Below, in pieces: positions 10,367-20,614 of a stretch of DNA of 64,000 bases. A model generated the notes under the pieces. That model saw nothing but the letters and a program-made list of their open reading frames with translations, was not told the origin of the DNA and did not search any database. Origin of the DNA: an uncultured archaeon (GTDB lineage: Archaea; Thermoproteota; Nitrososphaeria; Nitrososphaerales; Gagatemarchaeaceae); the NCBI GenBank assembly GCA_963799775.1, contig CAWCYD010000003.1, positions 1,376,001 through 1,440,000 on the forward strand, given 5' to 3'. How positions within the stretch are numbered: position 1 is the first letter of the stretch; every line of letters starts with the position of its first letter. The translations under genes were made by a program, and so were the position numbers.

Positions 10367-11656
10367 ATGGCTAGTCTGTTAAAAATTACTCGTATGCCAG
10401 AAGGCGAGAATGTATGGGAATGGTTCGGCTTCCGCAAGAACCCATACGATTTCCTCCCGCTAGCAGTAAACAAAGAAGACAGGACTCTGTTCGTTGGAAG
10501 GGAAGCAGAGCTTCCTAGGCTTGTCACGCCAATTGCAAGCGACTCCGGCGGGATTATTGTCGTCGAAGGGCGTGCGGGCGTAGGGAAAACAAGTTTCGTC
10601 AATGTAGTTCAGTACGACAGGTGGCAGGCCAAGTCATGTCTCCCGTCGTTTCAGGTACTCCAGGTCCAGCCAAATACTGACCCAATAGGCTTCATATTGT
10701 CTGCGTTTTCCACCTGCATAGGGCCCCTCGAGCTGTCGAAGTCCGGTGCGACCGACCACGACCCTGATTTGAAAGCTGGAAAGGCGATGGTAACACAGAT
10801 GTTGAATTCCGGATGGAGTTTCTCGGGCGGTCTCAATGTCGGCCTATTTGGCGGGCAGGCGGGAGCTGGGAAAGCAGCGGCGCCGTCTTCGCCACTCCTC
10901 CCTGCGATGCCAAGCATACTGAGCACAGCAGGGAAATGGTTCGACGCGGCAAGCCGGTTCGGCTGGGTGAAGTTCATCATACCGGTCAATAACCTCGACA
11001 TGCTGGATGAAGAATATGCCGTCGAGTTCATGAACGTGGTTCGCGATTACATGATAACCTTCGCTAAGAAAGGCGTCTGGTGGGTTCTGATCGCCAAGGA
11101 CGGATTTGTCCACACGCTGGAGAACAGAGCACATAGAGTCAGCGAAGTCCTGACCGGTCCACCTGTGAGGTTGAATCCGTTGTCGTTGGACGAGGTCAAA
11201 AAGGCGATAGATGTCCGCGTGAAAAAATATGGAAAGGAGGGTGTCAAAGCGCCGGCTCCGGACGAGATAGTGTCTTGGCTGTATAAATTGTCAGATGGAG
11301 AGGTGAGGGCAATCTTCAAGAAACTTACTGATATGATTTTCGAGTATCACGCGACCGTTCCCAGTGCGCAGACGATAACCGAAACCGCCGCAAGGAACAT
11401 CTTAGTGGGAGAAGCTAGGCGAAGAATTGAAGGGCTTGGCATACAGACAAACTGGATTAGAATTCTCGAAGGAACAGCAAAAAAGGGCATAGTCCACCAG
11501 GGAGGGTTCAAGGACTTCAATTTCAACAATCAGCCCGCATTTAGGAACGCGCTGGAGAAACTCTGCTACTTCGATTTGCTCAGACGTAAAGAGACTGGCA
11601 GGGAAGTGAAGTACTTGCCTACCGCAGATACAAACCTCGCATTTTCAAAGAGCTAG
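10367..11656 (+). CDS. AAA+/STAND-like P-loop ATPase with probable C-terminal wHTH
   Basis: FGFRKNPY, LFVGREAE, Walker A GRAGVGKTS, Walker B-like IIPVNNLD. Confidence 0.75.
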   Translation: MASLLKITRMPEGENVWEWFGFRKNPYDFLPLAVNKEDRTLFVGREAELPRLVTPIASDSGGIIVVEGRAGVGKTSFVNVVQYDRWQAKSCLPSFQVLQVQPNTDPIGFILSAFSTCIGPLELSKSGATDHDPDLKAGKAMVTQMLNSGWSFSGGLNVGLFGGQAGAGKAAAPSSPLLPAMPSILSTAGKWFDAASRFGWVKFIIPVNNLDMLDEEYAVEFMNVVRDYMITFAKKGVWWVLIAKDGFVHTLENRAHRVSEVLTGPPVRLNPLSLDEVKKAIDVRVKKYGKEGVKAPAPDEIVSWLYKLSDGEVRAIFKKLTDMIFEYHATVPSAQTITETAARNILVGEARRRIEGLGIQTNWIRILEGTAKKGIVHQGGFKDFNFNNQPAFRNALEKLCYFDLLRRKETGREVKYLPTADTNLAFSKS

Positions 11657-11882
11657 CACGTGACGTGTTGAGTGAAGGCTCGGCGGAGGCGCAATGAGAC
11701 CGCGGGATAACGGATTCCGCTACCTCAACTCGGAACGCTTCATGAGTCCAAACCTGGGTGACTACAACCCTCCGAAAAAAGTGTAGTCACCTTTTGAGAG
11801 CTGCAATGAACCGCCGGTACTCCTTCAGCATCAAATCGAGGGAAGGACGAAGGTTTCCGTTCGCCTGATATCCCTGAGCGCC

Positions 11883-12050
11883 TCATGATACTCTTTCCTG
11901 TTCTGCAGCTCGGCGTACAAAGGTGGCAATTCGCGCTTGATTAGGACGTTGATCTTCCAGCCTCGAAAGGAGGGCCATAATCCTCTCCAGGTCAGCTCTC
12001 CTGATCATTACGAACTCTCCTCTCTCGGCCTTGTGACGTTCCTCGACCAT
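11883..12050 (-). CDS. small hypothetical protein (55 aa)
   Basis: MVEERHKAERGEFVMIRRADLERIMALLSRLE...; TATA-like TTAAATA at 12071-12077; homologous remnant near 51756. Confidence 0.45.
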   Translation of the reverse strand: MVEERHKAERGEFVMIRRADLERIMALLSRLEDQRPNQARIATFVRRAAEQERVS

Positions 12051-12142
12051 GCTTGTACTCTGGCTCTGCCTATTTAACGCGGGATAGAATCAAGCTTTCG
12101 TCACTATCTGGTGGGAATATGGGCGCTTTGTCCCTTGGCCTA

Positions 12143-12544
12143 AGGGTGGACATGGCAACGGCTGGCATCTCCAGCCTTGTCCAGCTAGGGTGGACATCGA
12201 AGCTCAGGGTGGACATCGACGACGTCACCCTCCGACTTTCGAGTGTCGCCCATTCCCGATATGTCACCGTCTTGCGCAAATCGATGTCACCCTTCGGCGC
12301 TCGGATGTCACCCATCCGGCCGCGATGTCACCTTTTGGCGTGGAATGTCAACCCTGGACGGAAAAGTGTCAAGCCTCCACGTTAGGATGTCAAGCCTTTG
12401 GCTTTCAGGGTTGACATCAATGACCTTCGCGACTCGGTTTCGGCAGCCCTGCTGTCCACATTCGTCCTCAGACCCCTCCAAAGGTCACACTTTCGACCGC
12501 TCTGTCCACGTTGGCGCCGTCCTGATCTCCTAAAGATGTCCACT
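12143..12544. repeat. iteron-like array of (GA)TGTCACCC/TGTCAAGCC/TGTCCAC repeats
   Basis: Forward copies at 12223, 12244, 12262, 12285, 12306, 12326, 12346, 12367 and 12388 (about 20-21 bp period); inverted copies at 12143, 12187, 12206 and 12407. Confidence 0.75.
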
Positions 12545-12784
12545 TCCATCGGTTTAAAGGAAAACCCGACAGGAAGGTCTGCCCGCGTTAAATACTCCCG
12601 CCTACTTCTCCACTGCTAATTCATTAGCAAACCAACACCCCCCTAAAACAAAAAACAGAGGCCCGCTCCAGTAGGAACGTGCCGTCAAAGAGGCCTTGAG
12701 CGGTGGCTATGAACGAAGCGTAAGCATTCATTCTTGTCGGGACTCTGCGTCCGCGCGTTATATTGACAATGATTCTCAGTCCTC

Positions 12785-13387
12785 GTGACCGAGATTAGAG
12801 GCCTCAGCACGAGGCTCTGCGGCAACTGCGGGTCAGCGACCCCCCAGAGGACGCTTTACTTGAAGACCGAGACGGGCGGACGATCGAGATGGTCCCAGGT
12901 GTTCTGGGCCTGTACCGATTGCGATTCGCTGAATCGCGTCGTCCTCCCTCTCTACAGACTGGTCTCTCTTCCATCCGAACTGCCGTCACGGCTGGTCCAG
13001 CTGGTACTCGAGGCTCTGAAAGCCGGCCCGCGGGATGGGGACGAACTCTTGTCAGATCTCAGGCGGAGACGGCCCCATCGAACCCGGCACGTCCCCGACT
13101 TGGACGTCGGGATGGCCGTCGTCTACCTCAGGTCAAGAGGGGTCTTGGCTGAGGAGGCGGTCGACCGGACTGCGTCGGTAATAGATAGCCTGAGGGCGAG
13201 ACCCTGGAAGTCGAAGCACCTAGGCCCCTGTCCTTCCGAACTGCAGCAGGGTGTCGTAATGAAGAGCCTTGTCTCGGTGTACGCCCAAAGACAAGTGTCA
13301 GGGACTCATCTCAGGCGGCTAGGCTCTGTCGGCGTCCTCTGCCTTTCGTGCCTTCACTGCAGTGTCGACCACGAATCCATGAGGTAG
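12785..13387 (+). CDS. Zn-ribbon plus wHTH hypothetical protein
   Basis: CGNCG...CTDCD N-terminus, wHTH-like middle, CLSC near the C-terminus. Confidence 0.55.
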   Translation: MTEIRGLSTRLCGNCGSATPQRTLYLKTETGGRSRWSQVFWACTDCDSLNRVVLPLYRLVSLPSELPSRLVQLVLEALKAGPRDGDELLSDLRRRRPHRTRHVPDLDVGMAVVYLRSRGVLAEEAVDRTASVIDSLRARPWKSKHLGPCPSELQQGVVMKSLVSVYAQRQVSGTHLRRLGSVGVLCLSCLHCSVDHESMR

Positions 13388-13811
13388 GAAGCGAATGGCC
13401 AATCGGTAGAGAGTTGCGGCTTAGTTAGTAGCCTGCCCCTTGGGGGTTTTTTGAAAGTCTTCGACCTCTATACGGATGGCTTCCCATCCCCCGCTCGCTG
13501 TGGTGTTCGGAGGAAAATTGCGAGGATCGACCGCTTCTTAATACCGTGATCCCCGATGCCAGGTAGATCAGGAACCCGGGAGGACTAACGGTGTTCACCA
13601 TCGTGCTCCGTTCAGCCTAGTCGGACACTTTCAGGGGCTCTCCAGCCCACGGCTCCGAACTCTAGCTTTGACAGGTTCGAGGGTCGAGCAGATCTCCATT
13701 TCCGATTGTGCTCGAGAGTCGGACATCTGCTGTTTCGATGGTCGAACGTTGCCCTTCTGGTTAGCTATCAGATTTCATTGGCCGTTATAAGGCGTACATG
13801 ATTAGGAGTAC

Positions 13812-14741
13812 ATGGGCATAGCTGCGGAAAGCACGAAGCCTGATCAGGACATAGTCGCCAGCTCCTCATTCATGGCACAAGGCATCCCCACGCCCAAGCG
13901 CGCCAGGGTCGATTGGAACCCCATCATGAGATGGCTCCTCGAGGAGATCAATGCCCTAGACTACTCCCCCAGCACACGCTGGTGCTTCTACAGGGTGATG
14001 GACAAGTACAGGCTGCCAAAGTCGGCCTGGGGCACCTTCAAGCAGACCCAGAGCACCTGGAGGAAAGGGTTCCGGGAGGGCTGGGCCCCCAACACCCTGT
14101 CCGACTCGGTCAGGCAGGTGAACTACGCCGGGTACGGCGTCGCTTCGAAGAGGGAGTTCTATCTCCAGATGCTGGAAAAACCGCCGGCGGTAGGGATCTG
14201 GGACGACCTGCCGTTCTATCCGGAGGTCTGGTTCGAGGCGGAAGCCATGAACGGCCAGTTCGAGCACTATGTGAGAGGGCCGTGGAGGATCACGACTCGA
14301 CCCTTCAGGGGAGACTACTCGATAGAGAAGAAGTTTCAGGTCGCGAACGACCTTTTAGCCATGGCTAAGAGCGGCAAGTCGATCACCATCCTGTACTTCG
14401 GGGATTGCGACGCGAAGGGAAAGGCCATACCCTACAGCGCCCTCAAGGACGTCAAGCAATGGATGGACGAATCTCAAGATGTCCTCCAGTTCCACGTCGC
14501 AGGGCTGACCCTGGAGCAGGCGCATCGCTGCGGTCTTCCTGAGAACTTCGAGAGGCCGGGAGAGTGGCAGTGGGAAGCGCTCTCAGACGAGCAAGCGAGG
14601 GACATCATCCAAGCAGCTCTAGGACTCTACCTGGACCTGGATGCCCTGGGAGGGGCCATCGAAGGGGCGAAGAGGTTACGTTCAGAGTGGGTCAAGATGG
14701 CAGAGAGGCTCCTGTTGCCGCCGACAAATCGAGAAGAATAG
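13812..14741 (+). CDS. TOPRIM-domain protein (TopoVI-A/Spo11-like, DUF2399-type)
   Basis: RWCFYR, EVWFEAEAM, ILYFGDCDAKG and WQWEAL motifs typical of MGE-borne TOPRIM proteins. Confidence 0.7.
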   Translation: MGIAAESTKPDQDIVASSSFMAQGIPTPKRARVDWNPIMRWLLEEINALDYSPSTRWCFYRVMDKYRLPKSAWGTFKQTQSTWRKGFREGWAPNTLSDSVRQVNYAGYGVASKREFYLQMLEKPPAVGIWDDLPFYPEVWFEAEAMNGQFEHYVRGPWRITTRPFRGDYSIEKKFQVANDLLAMAKSGKSITILYFGDCDAKGKAIPYSALKDVKQWMDESQDVLQFHVAGLTLEQAHRCGLPENFERPGEWQWEALSDEQARDIIQAALGLYLDLDALGGAIEGAKRLRSEWVKMAERLLLPPTNREE

Positions 14742-14973
14742 CAATAGCCAGGGTGGGGCTAACTGTCAGGCTTCTACCGACAGACATCAAAACGACTGGC
14801 CTCAAAAGCTACGCACAGATTTCCATTCGAATCATCGGCTCCCGACGCCTGTTAACTGGGTGGATATCCGTAACGGCGTTCACTTTGAACTGGTGTCCAG
14901 CACGCGAAGGAACGCAGCATGGATCTCGAGATAATAAGTCAAAGCAGAGCGTATCGACTGTGATCCGGCGAAC

Positions 14974-15101
14974 GTTGCCACCCCATGTTGCAACGCCCTT
15001 GCCATTTGCAAGAGTTGAGGTTGCCAAATAAGGCCCAAGGTTGCCAAATCGGCCTCTCAGGGGTTGCCAATGACAAGAAGCTGTCTTGGAAAATGGCAAC
15101 C
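14974..15101. repeat. cluster of GGTTGCCAAA repeats
   Basis: Copies near 14974, 14999, 15019, 15039 and 15062, plus an inverted copy at 15094. Confidence 0.6.
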
Positions 15102-16122
15102 TCACTGACCCGCGTTAAATGCTGAACGAGTCTTCACACCTGTATTCCATCTTTTTCTCTCTGAATACCGACAAACCCGATACCTCAGGCCTAGCGTAGG
15201 CCTCGTACCTTTCAGTGTCTCCGGGAGAGAACGGGATGATCCTCGCCGGGGTTTACGGCAGGCATGCGGAAGGCTCCGGCTGGACCCTTACCTCAGGATA
15301 GGACGAAGAAGGTCTTTGACCTGATACATCCCGACTGCCCCCGACAATCCTTATCAGGACGCGGCAACTTCGGCAGCTCAAGGGCATGGAACCTAAGGCG
15401 CGAAAGGAAGGGGAGAAGGCGCCCACAAGGGCAGAGGCCGAGAGGCTCGTCTCCAAGCTGAGAGACCAGATAGGGGACGCGTTCAAGAACCACAGGGACG
15501 GGGACGCGGAAAAATACCTATTCACAGAGATTGTCCCCATGAAGAAGGGAGCAAGGCGGAAAAGGGGCGGTGGCAGTTCCCGTGCAGCTACAAATCATTA
15601 ACGCTGTCGAGGGGAGGCTCGAGGACCAGTCGAGGCTCCAGTGACTCATCATCCCCGGAAGCAGGGTTCTACTAATTACTCCTGGCGTGCTCACCCGTGC
15701 CACCCAGTTCTTCATGACGGCGGCGACATGGCGAGCCTCCTACTTCGACACTATGATTGCGGCGGCGGGCCTGGAGGTCGGCGCGAACTCAGCGGTCACT
15801 ACGGATTGGAAGTTGTCCAAGCTCGGAATCAGGCCCGTCGTCTGACGATTCTGGAGCTCCGTTGCGGATATGATTCGTATCCGCCTCTCTCTTTTTTTTG
15901 GACCATTTCATTGTCTGCTCACCCTCCCACCTTGTGTGTTCTTGGACCGTTTCTGGGTCTAAACAGCCATCTTCGGCCGGCGCAAAAGCGCTCCGGCCGT
16001 CTTTTTACGGGTGGCGTGTGACATAAGTGCCTGGACGAGCACAAGCCAAGCTTGGCCTCCCCGTTCCACTTGGGGGAAGGCGGCCGAATGAAGGCTACCG
16101 ATTTTTCCGTTCAGGTCGAGTC

Positions 16123-16151
16123 GTTCTTAGACCTGATTGCGTTCAAATCCA
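16123..16151. repeat. motif B core (third, diverged copy)
   Basis: gttcttagacctgattgcgttcaaatcca versus gttcttagacgcaattgagttcaaatcca at 23619. Confidence 0.65.
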
Positions 16152-16185
16152 GATTCGGTTAGCGAAAATTGCTGAACGTTCGAGA

Positions 16186-16220
16186 CGGAAGGGATGCAAT
16201 TAATTATTTAAGAGAATCCG
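16186..16220. repeat. motif A, recombination-site-like, copy 1
   Basis: cggaag-GGATGCAATTA-attatt-TAAGAGAATCC-g; the 11-bp arms match 8/11 as an inverted repeat; 2 bp from the partner stop codon. Confidence 0.8.
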
Positions 16221-16222
16221 CT

Positions 16223-17077
16223 CTACGAGCGCACATTGAAGTGTAATATCACAGCTTGTCCCCATTCGTCGGCAACGGCGATTGTGTAAACGCCGGCGAC
16301 AAAGGCAGTCACAGTAGGTGTAAGCTCGCTCTGTTGTCGGCCATAATCGATGAACGGAGGTTGTTGAATGGAGGTATTCGTTAGCGGGTTAAATCCTCCA
16401 ACACGAAGGGAATTGTTCAGAAGATCCCAGTATCCCCCAGTGGAGAAACTGTTGGCAATTTCGTACGAACCCAAGGACGTACCATTTGTAACACCAGACA
16501 TAAGACTAGCTTGTGAGCTATTTTGACCGAAGCTCAGTTGATTTACGTCCTGGACTTCATGGCAATTGACGCGCGGAATGTAGATATCGGCAGCATTCGT
16601 AATGTTACCCATAACGAAGTTTCCCTTCAACACGACAACCTCGGCAGCAGTCGTAAAGTTCTCAGGCGCATAGGGATGCGTGCTAACGTATGAAGGGTTT
16701 GAGACGTATGCATTGGTGTAGAAACAGTCCGGCCACATGGCGAGCGGAATCCCTTGGAAAAGCCAGTTATCCGATGTTGAAATTGTGTTGAGCTGAAGGT
16801 GAGTGTTGAAGAGGGACACATTGGCCTCCAGAAATTGTCCCTCAACCAGTTCTGTTGCATTGATGGACAAAGACAACTGAATTCCCTCTGAATTGATCGT
16901 AGATGATGTCGCGCTTGAATGAATTCCTGAGGAAGGCTGCGACATGCTCGTTGAGTCTACCAACCTGTTTGGTGCTGGGAGTTTGTTGAGCTCAACCGCA
17001 GTAACGCCTACGACTATAATGGCAATAATGACCCCTGCTAATATCGAGTGGAAACGTTTTGGCATCATCGAGAGCAC
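16223..17077 (-). CDS. membrane-anchored protease-partner protein 1
   Basis: N-terminal TM, Ser/Thr linker, GIQLSLSINAT...NVSLFNT, C-terminal GVYTIAVADEWGQAVILHF shared by four paralogs. Confidence 0.8.
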   Translation of the reverse strand: MLSMMPKRFHSILAGVIIAIIVVGVTAVELNKLPAPNRLVDSTSMSQPSSGIHSSATSSTINSEGIQLSLSINATELVEGQFLEANVSLFNTHLQLNTISTSDNWLFQGIPLAMWPDCFYTNAYVSNPSYVSTHPYAPENFTTAAEVVVLKGNFVMGNITNAADIYIPRVNCHEVQDVNQLSFGQNSSQASLMSGVTNGTSLGSYEIANSFSTGGYWDLLNNSLRVGGFNPLTNTSIQQPPFIDYGRQQSELTPTVTAFVAGVYTIAVADEWGQAVILHFNVRS

Positions 17078-17199
17078 TTCAAAGGGGGTCGCTCACTGTT
17101 ATCGTTAGTCTCTTGAATATGCTTGACTCCCAATTCCACATTGCGAGTTGATGAGTCAAGTCCTTTCTGCACCTCAGACTCTGGCACTCATGCTCTTTG

Positions 17200-18363
17200 T
17201 TATTCTCCCTGTGAGGTCTCGTACAGTTCGGTGAAATCACCGCCGGACGGGACACTGGGGCATACGTTCCAATAGTAGGTACTGCCTTGGCACGAGTAAG
17301 TAGATGTCGATTGGTTCATGACATCGATATAGGCATAGCCACTTCCGATGCTGTACTCATTATCAGAAGTGTCCTCGTAAAGTCCACTGAATACAGATAG
17401 CTCGCTGAATTGGGGCAGGCCGTAGTAATAGCCGCCACTTGCGTATGAGGGGCGCTCTCCCATGAAATCCGAATAGTGAGCAACTCCCAATCCATAGCTG
17501 CTCGACGAATCGCCTCCGCACGTTTGTTGAGAGGCGTAGTCGTAAATTGAGGCTTCATACTCATTGTCACCAATAGGGTTGACTTGGGCGGAGACATGGT
17601 CGCCTTCGGAAACGTCGTAACAGAGAGTTGGAGTGCCAGGATAGAATTCATACCACATTTGATAGTAGCCATAGGTGTAATCTGAGCACTCATCTTGGCA
17701 ATAGGAATCGGTGCCAGCCTGAGCTATGTATCCGGCATGATACGCTGCAGCGTCAGTCTCGCCGACCCAGAAGCTGAACTCACACTCATAATCGTAGTCA
17801 GGACTATCGCACAGGTTATAACCCGGACTTCCGCCCGAATATCCGGGCCCTTCGATTTCGGGGACATACCAATCTGCTGAATTGAAGGAAAATCCATGCG
17901 CCTCGAAGTATTCGTACCCGACGTAATTTTCGCTGTTTTCTGTCGTATGCATTGAGCCGTGATAAATAAAGGTGTTAAGAACGGTAGTTGCTGCTGGGTT
18001 CTCAATCATTTCAAGGGTATATTCTGATCCATTCTCGGCCCTGAGTGTATAAGCGACCCCTACATTCTGCAACGACACGACGCAGTTCGAATCCCAATGA
18101 CCGAGGAAAAAGATACTATTGAATGAGATGCTATAAATTGCCGCTGCATAAGATGCAACAACAGGGGATGCAGTGGTATTTGCGAGCTTCTGGTCGATTG
18201 ACGCTAGAACCTCTTGATTGCCCTGACTTAGGGCAGCGGTAGTGCAATTGGATGCCGAAGACGGCGTAGCGTTCAGTGATGGGATTCTTGAGACCATCAA
18301 AAGACCGAGAACTACAAGAATGAGAGCCGCACCGAAATTAGTCTTAGCCGCCTGCCTGAACAA
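17200..18363 (-). CDS. secreted G1-family (eqolisin-like) glutamic peptidase 1
   Basis: Signal peptide, pro-domain, NYVGY, WYVP, FWVG, IAQAGT (catalytic Q), WYEFYP, GDHVSAQV, FMGERP (catalytic E), LPQF. Confidence 0.8.
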   Translation of the reverse strand: MFRQAAKTNFGAALILVVLGLLMVSRIPSLNATPSSASNCTTAALSQGNQEVLASIDQKLANTTASPVVASYAAAIYSISFNSIFFLGHWDSNCVVSLQNVGVAYTLRAENGSEYTLEMIENPAATTVLNTFIYHGSMHTTENSENYVGYEYFEAHGFSFNSADWYVPEIEGPGYSGGSPGYNLCDSPDYDYECEFSFWVGETDAAAYHAGYIAQAGTDSYCQDECSDYTYGYYQMWYEFYPGTPTLCYDVSEGDHVSAQVNPIGDNEYEASIYDYASQQTCGGDSSSSYGLGVAHYSDFMGERPSYASGGYYYGLPQFSELSVFSGLYEDTSDNEYSIGSGYAYIDVMNQSTSTYSCQGSTYYWNVCPSVPSGGDFTELYETSQGE

Positions 18364-18713
18364 TTCTCTTCGGCGTTCTCACGATTAGAGATCTATAAAT
18401 TCGCAATGAAGCCGCGTTACGTAGGTATCGTCTAGCCAACCAGTAGAAATAGAAGATGCATCTTCCCGCTGCGCACGTCTGAAAGCTGGCCCATGCCTGA
18501 TTTAGCCGGTTGACTTGGGCTCTGCTTTGAGATTCGTCGTCATCTTCAGTAACCTCTATTTCGTTTTGCGCAATATCTCCACATCCCGCAGGCCGGACTG
18601 CACTGTAGCTGGAATTGTTCCCCCCTTGTGAGTCTGCTTCAGCTTGTGAAGCCTTGCAGATCGAGCCTCGCCCTAGAGGCCTCCCTCGTCCGCAGTTCCT
18701 ATGATAGCAGTAG

Positions 18714-18742
18714 GGGGCCGGAAGGGATGCAATTAATTATTT
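18714..18742. repeat. motif A copy 2 (right arm degenerate)
   Basis: ggggccggaagggatgcaattaattattt. Confidence 0.75.
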
Positions 18743-19049
18743 GAGACTTGAGCATAATTCTCGCCTGACATCATAGCCAATTCTGGTTGAGATGGCTTGC
18801 TAAGGGTCTCCTATCTCATGAGATTCATTGGTCAATGGCTCCCAAGAGTAGGACACTTCCTAGGAGGATGTTGCTCTCCGAGTCCTTCCTTATTGGGATT
18901 CTACGTCTAATCGAATTGATTCCTTGGCCAACAATACCCGCCAAGAAGAAGAGAGGCAGACGTATGTCTACCCGCATATCGTCATGCTCAGGTGCTTTAT
19001 AGTCAGGATCTGGATGAGGATTCCGAGCGACAATGCGCTCCATTCGTTC

Positions 19050-19493
19050 ATGGTTCCACTATCGGCGGATTTCATTACGGCGAACGTTGCTGACAGCAAG
19101 ACATACGGCAGGTCACCGCGTCACTTCGCGGCGTCAGGTACGTCGATGGGGACGAAAGGTACGACGTAGACGAACTCTACGAGCTCTCGAGGCATAGAGG
19201 ATTCGACCTGCCCCATAGCGAGGTATGAGAACACGCATCCACACAGGGTCGAGCTCGTGTTCTTCTACGAGTCAGAGCTCGGACAGCTTGTCTATCCGTG
19301 GAGGACCAAATCCGTCGAGCCATGGATAGAGCAGATCAAGGACGTCTTTGGCATCGACCCGCTCCCCGTGAGAAGATTCGACAAAACGAAGACATTCGTC
19401 CTCTTGTCGGTTCTGCTGTACCAGCACATGGTCTGCCACAATCATATCAGAGGGAGACCATTGAGAGCTCTCAAGCACATGCTTGGAAGCTGA
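19050..19493 (+). mobile_element. IS4/IS5-like DDE transposase remnant
   Basis: PLSADFITANVAD, YVDGDxxYD and RTKSVEPWIEQIKDVFG fragments in shifting frames. Confidence 0.6.
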
Positions 19494-19752
19494 ACCATCC
19501 TAATTGGATAAATTATGCCCACGTCTCAATAAGATGATCCCAATGAAAAGCTAGGTTAACATCCGTTGTAGGCCCGCTAACTGCGAGGGTTCAAACCCTT
19601 ATGCTCGAATGCGATGAAAGGTCAATCAAAGGTAGCCTGGTCTGGATCTGCGCACGGACCATGCACTTCGAGGGGGCGCACAACTGATTGGTAAGCTATT
19701 GCAGCAATCCGATTTTTTCTAGCTTAAATCCAACTTGAAACCGGCGTGGCTA

Positions 19753-20550
19753 TCAAGTGACTTGGAAATGCAGAATCACGGCTCGACCCCACTCGTCGCA
19801 TACTGCCACCGTGTATACTCCAGGAACGAAGGGAGTAGCAACAGGAGGTTCGATTGAAGGGGTATAACGCACGTATGCAATATATCCCATAATAGAGGAC
19901 GCATTCCAAGATCCGTCGGTGACATAGTAATTCGCCAGTCTGATTGGACCCAAAGTCTCGTTCGTTGGTGGCGGTGCAAGGCCATTCACGAGGCCCGTGA
20001 GGTTCGCAATAGAACTCGATGGTTGAAACACTACGTGATCTATCACCCCGTTGCCTTCCTCACAACTGAGCGTTGCGTGGAACGAGTTCGTTATGCTCGA
20101 AATATTGTCAAGGGTATAGTCTCCCTTGACCACGTCTGCGTAGACGGGCGCAGCAAAGATATTCTTCGAAGGGGTGGCCGTTCCAAAGCAATCTCCCCAT
20201 ACTGCGAATGAGACACCGCCGAATGGCCATTCCATTGCAGTGGGAATGGTATTTACAACAGGCAAAGTGTTGAATAGAGAGATGTTGAGTTCCAACGACT
20301 GCCCGACGGTCAACTGAGTGGCGTTAATCGAAAGGGTCAATTGAAGGCCACTTGGATTGGTCGCCGATTTTGTATCCTCCAACGCGCTCGAGAAATTCGT
20401 AGATGTAATTTGACTCGTTGAAGACTCTGATTTTGAAGATGACGGACTAGTTGCTGTTGGCGGAGAGTAGTCTCCCTTCAGTTTGACTACAAGTGATGTG
20501 ATGATGAGCACAACAAGTATTCCAACCGCAATTTCGCGCGAATACTTCAC
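19753..20550 (-). CDS. membrane-anchored protease-partner protein 2
   Basis: GLQLTLSINATQLTVGQ...PGVYTVAVCDEWGRAVILHF. Confidence 0.8.
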   Translation of the reverse strand: MKYSREIAVGILVVLIITSLVVKLKGDYSPPTATSPSSSKSESSTSQITSTNFSSALEDTKSATNPSGLQLTLSINATQLTVGQSLELNISLFNTLPVVNTIPTAMEWPFGGVSFAVWGDCFGTATPSKNIFAAPVYADVVKGDYTLDNISSITNSFHATLSCEEGNGVIDHVVFQPSSSIANLTGLVNGLAPPPTNETLGPIRLANYYVTDGSWNASSIMGYIAYVRYTPSIEPPVATPFVPGVYTVAVCDEWGRAVILHFQVT

Positions 20551-20614
20551 CGTACTCCACCAACAAACCCTTTCGAGAAGCAGGGACTTGTATTGCTACT
20601 TCTTACTGAACGTT

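Noticed and set aside
12143-12544. Possible CRISPR array
   Set aside because: Repeats are only 8-11 bp, degenerate and in both orientations, with ~12-bp gaps; no cas genes in the window.
3562-13406. ATGGCCAATC(GG) at about 3562, 8428 and 13395 as an element boundary
   Set aside because: Only 10-12 bp, no tRNA similarity and no consistent gene context.
15215-16021. Short ORFs between the repeat cluster and the first cassette
   Set aside because: Fragmented, with no recognisable motifs; no call can be supported.
19585-19600. tRNA-like T-arm hairpin GAGGGTTCAAACCCTT
   Set aside because: No acceptor, D or anticodon arm can be folded around it.
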